Assembly: GCF_021869535.1 (NCBI RefSeq)
Contig: NW_026262581.1
Coordinates: 96,906,001 to 96,970,000 of the forward strand
Origin: Mytilus californianus
Lineage: Eukaryota
DNA length: 64,000 nt
Direction of reading: 5' to 3'
The notes under the pieces were generated by a model. That model ran no database searches, was not told where the DNA came from, and saw nothing but the letters and a program-made list of their open reading frames with translations. Within the stretch, counting starts at the first letter, position 1. Each line of letters begins with the position of its first letter. Shown one piece after another: positions 60,401-64,000 of the stretch. A program made the translations under genes and the position numbers.

Positions 60401-63361
60401 TTTCAGTATTAATATAAGTATCTATACGGGTAAATTTTCACTGAGAATAATTGTTCATCCGTTCTTAACTTGTAGTAACTGATTGATCATCATACCATGA
60501 TTAGAAAGGTTTTACTGCAGCTTTATCCAAATTTATTTTTTCGTTCTTTAATTAAAACTTTTTATAAATTTCTTAGAGAAATGTATTGCTTGCAATGCAA
60601 TTTTCCTTATAATTACTATTTTCAAGGGGCATAACTTTTTGAAAAATAGTTGATTGGCACTGAATTTCGAACTTGTCAGCGACATTGCTGATATAAACCT
60701 TTGATATAAATTTGATAAAAGTATTGCAAGAATTGTACATTTGAAAGTGCTAACAATGCAATTTTCCATATAATGAATATTTCCTAGGGGCATTCCTCTT
60801 TGAAAAATAGTAGATCAGCACCGATTTTTCGAAATTGTTCGAATTCCATAAGATGAATAATTGTTATAGCTGTAATCATAATAACATACCTGGCATTCAA
60901 CTCTCCTTTATGAGTGAGCGTTGTAGCTGTAATTTTGAGTACACCCCCACCAGCTGTTGACTGACCACCTTTACCATGTAAGGTTGGTTGTGTGAAATGA
61001 TCATAGGCATCAATCAGACTCATGTTGGTTCCTATGATACCTCCTTCACCTCCATGGCCAGCTCCAGAATAATCTGAAAAGAAAACCAGTCAACATCTTA
61101 AATATTGATTGATTGATTGTTTGGTGTTAAACGCCACTATCATCACTATTGTGGCACTCAGTTTTTATTGGTGGAGGAAGCATGAGTGCCTGGGCAGGAC
61201 CACGACTTTCAGTAGGAAAACTGACAATCCTAGTCAATTAAGATTGGAGTCAAGCACACCTGCCACTTGCAGGATTTTAACTCACAACCTCAGAGTTGAC
61301 AGTCTAGTGTTACAGAACATTTTAAATACTAATAAACTCATTCATTAAACTTTATTTAGTACTGTTCTTTTATTTCTTAGAAATTAAATGGAACTTAACT
61401 TGAAAAAATGATATATACTTACAAACTGTATAATGAGAATTATATCTAAACTGTCTCCTTCAACTTATTCACTAATTGTATGCATATTTTAAATTTCATA
61501 CAGGCACAAAAACAATGTGGATAGCTTACCAGTTTAATAAGTTGACAGAATTGTCCAATTTTTATTTTGAAATCAGAAACCTAAGAGAACATTCATATAA
61601 AATTTGGTGCAGATTATATCTACCGTACTAATGTTTGAAAAGATTTTTGAATGCATAATGTAATACATACTAAATAAATGTGACAGAAGTATAATTGAGC
61701 ATGGGCAATGAATGTAAAATTTGAAGGGAACTGAATTTGGAACATCACAGAATATAAAATCACTGATTTACCCAGTATTTTCTATCTTTTTTCTGGGTTC
61801 ATGTTGTTTAGTATGCAGAAATATCTGACATAACTTTGTGCCATACATCCCGAGTATAATTGTTCTCAAGTTTGGTTTTATCAGCCAAGAAGTTTCAAAA
61901 GAAAATACTTTTTAAACAGTTAACAGGCAGAAGTCTGATGCCTAGTAACTACACCAACTTAAAAATCAAATTTTTGCTAATTAATATTTTACAATGAAAC
62001 CATGAAGTTTGGTCAATGGTATAATCATTTCATTGTTATGCTATTTACAGTAAATGAAAGGTATAGTTTTCAGTACTTGAAAAAGAGCCAAATGAATCAT
62101 CCCTATATAAAAAATCTGGATGCATTATCTTTGTTTTTATTTTTTCTATTGTTTTTATTCAGAACAATTACCATTTCCGCCATCCCCAGCATCCCCACGG
62201 TGATCAAGGTTTATAATTCCTCCTTCTTCAGTTTCAACCTCTGTTGCTGTAACTGTCAGTTTTTTGGCAATTATCTCCCCTGAGGCACCAATCAACAGTT
62301 TATACAAGTCCATATTGTATTCCACATCTGCATCTACCAAGTAAAGTGTACTGTTCTGCTTCACGTTTAAGTTCTGCATGGAGTAAGTAGAAGTAGTTGT
62401 ATGTGTTTGGCTTGTTTTTGATAGAGTCAAATTGGTTTTAAACAAGGTCAGGTCCTGTAAACCTCCTAAGGTTCCATCTATATAGTTTACAGTGCTAAAC
62501 CACTTGACTGTGGATGGTAATGTCAGTATTCCATTTTCATAGACTTTGGCATGTGCTGGGAAATATAAAGATACTTGTCTGATGGTTATTTCACGGTTTG
62601 CTCCAACAAGTAACGTTCCAATTTTGTTTGGTTCCTTTACAAAGTCATCATTTCCAGAGAAACTGAGGGCTAACAGAGAGTTGATTGCACTGCTGTCAGC
62701 ACTGGGTTCTAGTGCCAGGTGAGCACCATTCAGCAGCTGCAACTGATCCACCTGTATTGAATTACTGTCAGTAAATGTTATCCAAGTTCTGCTGCTTTCA
62801 TTGGCTTTTATTGTGTCTAACTCAAGGTCTGCTGAATAGTCCTACAATCAAGATTCAACTTTTATATTTCATAAACCACAGTTCACATTTTTTTCCAATT
62901 TACTTTGAAAATGTGTTTTTTTTAATTCCTATACATTTTCATGTAGTAATCAATACAGTCATCAATTTGTGTTGTTGTTACATCACATTTTCATTTCCCT
63001 TGAACCTAAACCATTTACAATTAAGGCGTTATTATTTTTCAGTACTGTGACAAGATTCCTTGCCAGGTAACTTTGATTGGCAGTTACAAGTGAGGATAAA
63101 AAAGTTCAAAACTGGATTGAATAAAAACAGCTAGCTAAATTTCCTTCTGTCGGCTATTTTTATTACTTACTCCTACATTATGAGCCACTTGGTTGTCTAC
63201 AATGATTTTAGTTTTGGATCCTGTTACGACATACACTGTACCGGCACCACCATAACCAGCTGATGACTGTCCACCATAGGCAGAGGTGTCACCTGTGAAA
63301 CCCGAGGATGTGCAATATACAGCTGAACGACCTCCAGCCCCACCTCCTGTACTACTGGTTC
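1..63361 (-). CDS. Giant multi-exon gene (38 exons in window, >=9,320 aa, incomplete at both ends): Gly-rich ~400-aa repeat array + EGF-like array + VWD/LamG-like C-terminal region; probably extracellular
   Basis: Hand-spliced: 38 exons with GT-AG boundaries, all 37 phases compatible (24 phase-1, 9 phase-0, 4 phase-2), 27,972 nt open; motifs read continuously across junctions (e.g. TVGTI|DIKYG, NVGE|TLHLDG, PHL|DNVTEE). Confidence 0.92.
3067..3193 (-). CDS. Exon 37 (127 nt), second half of YTAWFGY module
   Basis: ttgtag|G...CTA|gtaagt; phase 2 to 0; K-FDGTSDVSWNVLSSFANKWWSTHLY...PHL; needed to join exon 36 to exon 38 in frame. Confidence 0.88.
3623..4535 (+). mobile_element. Non-autonomous Helentron/DINE-like repeat (host of the LINE); residual arm at ~6414-6470
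   Basis: About 240 bp (ttcgctgagc..agctggatac..ggtccaaccctgaacag..) shared with 39805-40045; internal short tandem repeats (ccccctttttttgcccctaat). Classification by resemblance. Confidence 0.6.
4536..6414 (+). mobile_element. 5'-truncated CR1/L2-group LINE with intact RT frame and (ATT)n tail
   Basis: ORF 4696-6114 with NYRPISVL, DFKKAFD, GVPQGSILGPLLF, YADD; frame also open upstream to ~4540; aataaa then (att)n at ~6378-6414; no endonuclease in the fragment. Confidence 0.93.
4696..6114 (+). CDS. Non-LTR retrotransposon reverse transcriptase (partial ORF2)
   Basis: Canonical non-LTR RT motifs in the 472-aa ORF. Confidence 0.9.
   Translation: MIDTGIYPSLLKNAKVTPVYKDGDKVLATNYRPISVLPSLSKVLERHVSNNMYKYLSKFKLLHPTQSGFRPHHSCQTALIDIIDKWLQEMNDGNLNLAILLDFKKAFDLVDHDILCLKLAIYGFSESAVGFFRSYLSNRTQQVNICNVNSDKKDVKFGVPQGSILGPLLFVLFINDLPLCIKNCKTDLYADDTTLHKSGKNIENLHDDVQEDLCRVEEWCKINNMFINTKKTKCLVTGTSQKLSTQSFQPNLLINSETLQNSSCEKLLGVKIDSTLSWTNQIDQICASISSRIYLLSKLKKFLDINARKAYYNGYILPLIDYCCIVWGECKNEGMVRILKLQKRAARLILDADPLSPSAPLFKELGWMTVENRIKYHKYLLLHKCMRKEAPQYLLQKFQLISVNNPYALRGVTQGNLIVPKPKTELFKKSFAYSGSVLWNGLPYEMRKVQNTFSFKQIIKQYLRQSQYSVLK
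6523..6808 (-). CDS. Exon 36 (286 nt), EGF end + first half of YTAWFGY module
   Basis: atttag|AT...AA|gtaagt; phase 1 to 2; DFVGPGHCTIPC...DGSYTAWFGYNNANG...PTQFRPG. Confidence 0.9.
7205..7318 (-). CDS. Exon 35 (114 nt), laminin-type EGF
   Basis: ctacag|GT...G|gtatgt; GGDVCECYDDHTNGHWTGEACDACVTGWGLPFCTDCDP. Confidence 0.9.
7605..7757. repeat. Imperfect ~75-bp-arm palindrome (MITE/Helitron-like)
   Basis: aaggaatgactg...aataacccg-tgtag-cgggttatt...cagtcattcctt. Confidence 0.7.
7996..8184 (-). CDS. Exon 34 (189 nt), EGF-like
   Basis: ttacag|GA...G|gtaaga; GDCLLLEGNIAPVCVCEHGFTGLSC... Confidence 0.9.
8424..8545. repeat. Short imperfect palindrome (MITE-like)
   Basis: atatctgcccagctattatt...tttgccctctggcaaa...aataacagggcagatat. 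Confidence 0.5.
8748..8882 (-). CDS. Exon 33 (135 nt), EGF-like
   Basis: tttcag|GT...G|gtaaga; GEPDCNTYGLC...CPGSPKCSGN. Confidence 0.9.
9379..9871. repeat. 30-bp minisatellite, ~16 copies (acatgacaagaaaccagtttactgtacaac)
   Basis: Direct tandem copies read in sequence; a 155-bp five-monomer block is itself duplicated. Confidence 0.97.
10280..10531 (-). CDS. Exon 32 (252 nt), EGF-like
   Basis: tatcag|GT...G|gtatgt; GTCDVENYFPPKC...ITDCP. Confidence 0.9.
11337..11513 (-). CDS. Exon 31 (177 nt), EGF-like
   Basis: taacag|GA...G|gtaagt; GDDCTDRGCPG...DPDCNGL. Confidence 0.9.
11797..11917. mobile_element. Short interspersed repeat fragment (SINE-like); related copies at ~17040-17098 (inverted) and ~51085-51155
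   Basis: Shared terminus gttgtctcattggcaatcataccaca..ttattttt seen three times in the window. Confidence 0.65.
12023..13765 (-). CDS. Exon 30 (1,743 nt), ~4 EGF super-repeats
   Basis: ttttag|GA...G|gtaagt; matches 595-aa Cys-rich ORF 12003-13790. Confidence 0.95.
13995..14940 (+). mobile_element. Helentron/DINE-like non-autonomous element with ~161-bp tandem core (~5.3 copies) and 3' stem-loop
   Basis: aagttagagaa recurs at 14004, 14167, (14209), 14369, 14531, 14692, 14853; ends atgccccc-ttcgctacggc-aggggcat-aaaa. Confidence 0.75.
15155..15760 (+). mobile_element. 3' fragment of a second CR1/L2-type LINE
   Basis: LPHVRTTAYGLQSLRYEGAKLWNELP..WCGSSCQCFAC* then 3' UTR, aataaa and (ttatgtc)n tail. 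Confidence 0.8.
15988..16158 (-). CDS. Exon 29 (171 nt), EGF-like
   Basis: ttatag|GA...G|gttagt; GNSWVGELCEETGCPG...PECS. Confidence 0.88.
16821..16989 (-). CDS. Exon 28 (169 nt), EGF-like
   Basis: ttgtag|GGC...G|gtaaac; GWYTEDCSKPCENG...TEP. Confidence 0.88.
17464..17598. repeat. Near-perfect palindromic MITE-like element with an internal duplication of one arm
   Basis: agtgtgctagtgacctaatacgatatatatggggtcag...(arm repeated)...catatg...ctgaccccatatatatcgtattaggtcactagcacact. Confidence 0.75.
17872..17978 (-). CDS. Exon 27 (107 nt), EGF-like
   Basis: ctacag|GT...GAG|gtaaag; GWTGDACDIPDCPGGCEGNGFC...CACLE. Confidence 0.88.
18179..18387. mobile_element. MITE with ~24-bp TIRs; related copies at ~29196-29394 and partial at ~2580-2753 and ~63390-63520
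   Basis: tactgaaaattcagaaattattgc ... gcaataatttctgaatttacagta. Confidence 0.75.
18726..19396 (-). CDS. Exon 26 (671 nt), EGF-like repeats
   Basis: tttcag|A TGT GAT...G|gtaaat; phase 2 to 1; CDEKWFGHSC...CTCVP. Confidence 0.9.
19871..20012 (-). CDS. Exon 25 (142 nt), EGF-like
   Basis: tttaag|GT...AA|gtatgt; GGCESATHTCTCRPGWTGIGC...PDCK. Confidence 0.88.
20572..20884. mobile_element. MITE with 13-bp TIRs flanked by TA
   Basis: ta|catacctgccaac ... gttggcaggtctg|ta. Confidence 0.7.
21007..21750 (-). CDS. Exon 24 (744 nt), EGF-like repeats
   Basis: ttttag|GC...G|gtaaga; GPDCGSPDCPGDPNCNSHG...LDCSDR. Confidence 0.92.
22415..23984 (-). CDS. Exon 23 (1,570 nt): last Gly-rich unit fused directly to first EGF repeats
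   Basis: ttgcag|ACA...G|gttagt; ORF 22410-23990. Confidence 0.94.
24916..24957 (+). ncRNA. Decayed type I hammerhead ribozyme motif in a short interspersed repeat
   Basis: cgtca-CTGATGA-gtct(tttgt)agat-GAAA-tgtgtttc-tggca: stem I, core and stem II recognisable; stem III degraded. Confidence 0.6.
25040..25317 (-). CDS. Exon 22 (278 nt), Gly-rich unit
   Basis: tttcag|CA...AAT|gtaagt; ANGGGSGGRIAI...GGPGTVYVQ..LWIDN. Confidence 0.9.
25690..25870 (-). CDS. Exon 21 (181 nt), Gly-rich unit
   Basis: ttgcag|ACC...G|gtaagt; TLHLDGSISVGG..GGGSGGSVMI; a weaker same-phase donor (gtacaa) lies 21 nt upstream. Confidence 0.85.
26111..26590 (+). mobile_element. Helentron/DINE-like element (two ~187-bp units, (GGAC)n, 3' hairpin)
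   Basis: ccaaaaaaatgact.agtccaactacct repeated; ggacggacggac; atgcccct-cgacattttgtcg-caggggcac. Confidence 0.7.
26600..27800 (+). mobile_element. Helentron/DINE-like element with ~165-bp tandem core (~4 copies), (GCC)n and 3' hairpin
   Basis: caaagtcaat..accatgactgagggggc..atctccatgg repeated ~27085-27730; ends gacgccgccgtcgccgg..gtctcgc..gcaagacaaaaa. Confidence 0.7.
27800..28400. repeat. Degenerate tandem-repeat element (aaagggcaataactcc units)
   Basis: Motif recurs at ~27810, 27977, 28140. Confidence 0.5.
28480..28853 (-). repeat. 83-bp tandem amplification of the exon 20 3' end including the GTAAGT donor
   Basis: Units 28672-28754, 28755-28837, 28838-28920 near identical; degenerate copies to ~28480. 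Confidence 0.9.
28854..28987 (-). CDS. Exon 20 (134 nt), Gly-rich unit
   Basis: gtttag|GA...GAG|gtaagt; GGRSYDTTTVGNQYGSVLTASEPGSGGG...NVGE. Confidence 0.88.
29628..35846 (-). CDS. Exon 19 (6,219 nt), ~5 Gly-rich units
   Basis: tttcag|CT...G|gtaaac; 2,106-aa ORF 29560-35880. Confidence 0.96.
36615..36911 (-). CDS. Exon 18 (297 nt)
   Basis: ttttag|GC...A|gtaagt; GTIAFGKLSL...GGSHGGFGGG. Confidence 0.9.
37216..37265 (-). ncRNA. Minimal type I hammerhead ribozyme motif (same sense as host pre-mRNA)
   Basis: UAUUGUC-CUGAAGA-C-GCCA(CACUUGU)UGGC-GAAAC-AU-GUC-GACCAGAAUA. Confidence 0.7.
37741..37790 (+). ncRNA. Minimal type I hammerhead ribozyme motif (antisense to host gene)
   Basis: UAUUGUC-CUGAAGA-C-GCCA(CGCUUGU)UGGC-GAAAC-AU-GUC-GACCAGAAUA; palindromic ACAUGU at stem III. 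Confidence 0.7.
37954..38311 (-). CDS. Exon 17 (358 nt)
   Basis: ttttag|GCC...G|gtaatt; AMLEIADGG..GDMSGFIHI. Confidence 0.9.
38852..39213 (-). CDS. Exon 16 (362 nt)
   Basis: tatcag|GT...ATG|gtaaat; ELRGHGLVSANGG..GGSGGRIAV..GGPGTVFV. Confidence 0.9.
39397..39630 (-). CDS. Exon 15 (234 nt)
   Basis: cttcag|TA...A|gttggt; FDVTISGGSGYGSLYEPTETGSQGG..GGGSGGSVWI. Confidence 0.85.
39805..41112 (+). mobile_element. Helentron/DINE-like element with ~165-bp tandem core (5-6 copies), microsatellite and 3' hairpin
   Basis: 5' part homologous to 3640-3880; aaaatcaaaagggagc units; ends ggacggacagacgg..ccataatacgtcccgtaaacggccgtataaaaa. Confidence 0.75.
41187..41642 (-). CDS. Exon 14 (456 nt, symmetric phase 1-1): Thr-rich mucin-like flanks around CxNxTx hexapeptide repeats
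   Basis: tttcag|TT...G|gtaaga; EIPTTTTTTTEEP..CDNTTSCENSTECE..TTTPEP. Confidence 0.85.
42526..42700 (-). CDS. Exon 13 (175 nt)
   Basis: taacag|GAT...G|gttagt; DIKYGAEFRAD..GAGHGSQGGGHS. Confidence 0.88.
42953..46965 (-). CDS. Exon 12 (4,013 nt), ~3 Gly-rich units
   Basis: ttacag|GA...ATC|gtatgt; 1,388-aa ORF. Confidence 0.95.
48434..48660 (-). CDS. Exon 11 (227 nt)
   Basis: ttttag|C...G|gtataa; LDFDGTITAYGGG..AGAGTIYI. Confidence 0.87.
49205..49388 (-). CDS. Exon 10 (184 nt)
   Basis: ttctag|GT...AG|gtatgt; GIIKVDG..GGGSGGTIVL..GGAGGRI. Confidence 0.9.
50240..50400 (+). mobile_element. SINE-like interspersed repeat fragment
   Basis: ggagcaggaacctcttacccttccagcgaacctgagttcac..ggggttcttgttgctcaatc resembles an abundant bivalve repeat (recognition from memory). 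Confidence 0.5.
50488..50692 (-). CDS. Exon 9 (205 nt)
   Basis: taacag|ATA...G|gtatgt; ISGENLATGAGHGAPGG..PTETGSGGG. Confidence 0.88.
50905..51250 (-). repeat. Three degenerate tandem copies of the exon 8 3' end
   Basis: Translate as NPGSTIELSG.., NTGSTIDLSGGGY.., NPGSTIDLSGQGY vs exon NPGSTIDLSGGGY. Confidence 0.85.
51268..51608 (-). CDS. Exon 8 (341 nt)
   Basis: acaaag|GA...AAG|gtaaat; GTLTNIQNLIIASG..GTGKGEK. Confidence 0.9.
51760..51960 (+). mobile_element. SINE-like remnant with (TCAA)n tail
   Basis: gccactggacattaag..aacaatcaatcaatcaatcaatc. Confidence 0.5.
52092..54722 (-). CDS. Exon 7 (2,631 nt), ~2 Gly-rich units
   Basis: tttcag|GA...G|gtatgt; 875-aa ORF. Confidence 0.95.
55196..56462 (-). 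CDS. Exon 6 (1,267 nt)
   Basis: ttgcag|GTG...G|gtaaat; 445-aa ORF. Confidence 0.93.
56534..59012 (-). mobile_element. 5'-truncated Penelope-like retroelement (RT is the C-terminal domain, Naiad-like), split by an insertion
   Basis: LDFSTLYT, GIPMGTNCAPLIADLFL, RYLDDI, PFLDL in 58287-59012; frame resumes at 57609 (YPFL|DGDVPLSPSYG) to stop at 57172; long 3' UTR. Confidence 0.85.
57610..58286 (+). mobile_element. Helentron/DINE-like insertion inside the Penelope-like RT
   Basis: Tandem ~150-bp units, (GGAC/AGAC)n, 3' hairpin cccgtcaaaaatttgacggg; inserted in an A/T run with no TSD; same terminus type as 41080-41112. Confidence 0.82.
59313..59512 (-). CDS. Exon 5 (200 nt)
   Basis: cttcag|GA...AAG|gtattc; GAINVNGGNG..GGAGVVYL. 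Confidence 0.9.
59852..59931 (-). CDS. Exon 4 (80 nt)
   Basis: atttag|A...G|gtatgt; RGENASANSGGGSGGSIWITADSADVT. Confidence 0.9.
60890..61073 (-). CDS. Exon 3 (184 nt)
   Basis: tttcag|AT...AG|gtatgt; DYSGAGHGGEGG..GGGVLKI..ELNAR. Confidence 0.9.
61105..61310 (-). mobile_element. Degenerate tRNA-derived SINE with (ATCA)n tail
   Basis: Minus strand starts ..gaggttgtgagttaaaatcctgc (degenerate B-box) and ends in a tetranucleotide tail. Confidence 0.55.
62172..62841 (-). CDS. Exon 2 (670 nt)
   Basis: ttgtag|GAC...G|gtaatt; DYSADLELDTIKANESSRTWITF..GDAGDGGN. Confidence 0.87.
63171..63361 (-). CDS. Exon 1 in window (191 nt); further exons lie upstream
   Basis: ttctag|GA...GGA|gtaagt; GGGAGGRSAVY..GGAGTVYV..IIVDN; begins mid-unit with an acceptor. 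Confidence 0.9.
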
Positions 63362-63713
63362 CTAGAAAATATTATTTAATTTATTAAATACTGTAAATTA
63401 AGAAATTATTGAGAGGCTTAAATAATGCGACTTAGTGAGTTTTGCAATAATAAGAACTCGCATTCTGATATCTGATACATGTATATGTATGCAGATTTTT
63501 CTGAAATTTCAATAATTAATCCTGCATTTTTGTCCATTCAGGCATTCTTCAAAAATCTTAATAATACATGCACACAATAACTTTTGGAACTTACAGTAGT
63601 CTTTTATAAATTTTGTAGTACTAACAGCAATCAATCTTATATTTTGTTCTAGTGTCCTATATAGAGAGTAATTTGTAATACAAGGTTTGACTGCATTACA
63701 ACAAAATACATAA

Positions 63714-63860
63714 GGAAATGCCTGTACCAAGTCAGGAATATGACAGCTGTTTTCCATTCGTTTGATGTGTTTGAGCTTTTGATTTTGCCATTTGATAAGG
63801 GACTTTCCATTTTGAATTTTCCTTGGAGTTCAGTATTTTTGTTATTTTACTTTTTATTGT
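63714..63860 (+). mobile_element. SINE-like interspersed repeat fragment
   Basis: gcctgtaccaagtcaggaatatgacag..ggagttcagtattttt resembles an abundant bivalve repeat (from memory). Confidence 0.45.
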
Positions 63861-64000
63861 ACAACTTACTTTCAGTTATACAACAAATAAAAAAAAATAT
63901 GTATGGACAAGAGCATATTACTCATTCCAAAAAAGAAAAGATTAAGGATAATGAATAAAGGTGGCATATCAATTCATCTGTTAATTTGTCTACACTACAA

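Noticed and set aside
62751-62753. Internal AG acceptor at 62752-62753 suggested by the ORF track start
   Set aside because: Frame stays open 90 nt further to a good acceptor at 62842 and encodes the unit-typical RTWITF motif; the internal site could only be a minor in-frame alternative.

Overview
AT-rich eukaryotic genomic DNA. The intronic repeat families resemble those of a bivalve mollusc, probably Mytilus (inference, not searched). The whole window lies inside ONE giant minus-strand gene, with both start and stop codons outside the window. I traced 38 exons by hand. All boundaries are GT-AG and all 37 intron phases are compatible, giving 27,972 coding nt (about 9,320 aa) with no stop or frameshift. 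Architecture N to C: (1) about 6,600 aa made of at least 17 Gly-rich units of about 400 aa, one interrupted by a Thr/Cys-rich cassette exon; (2) about 1,700 aa of EGF-like repeats arranged as about 11 super-repeats; (3) an approx. 110-aa Cys-poor module (YTAWFGYNN...PTQFRPG) resembling a domain I associate with bacterial secreted proteins; (4) EGF-VWD-LamG/pentraxin-like-Cys-rich-EGF-VWD. The introns contain a 5'-truncated CR1/L2-type LINE nested in a Helentron-like repeat, a Penelope-like RT split by a Helentron-like insertion, several tandem-repeat-bearing Helentron-like elements, MITEs, SINE-like fragments and a 30-bp minisatellite. They also contain a young 255-bp inverted repeat carrying a minimal hammerhead ribozyme motif in each arm, a CpG-decayed hammerhead, and six decaying duplicates of exon segments next to the exons they copy. 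Coordinates were counted by eye; repeat boundaries are approximate.
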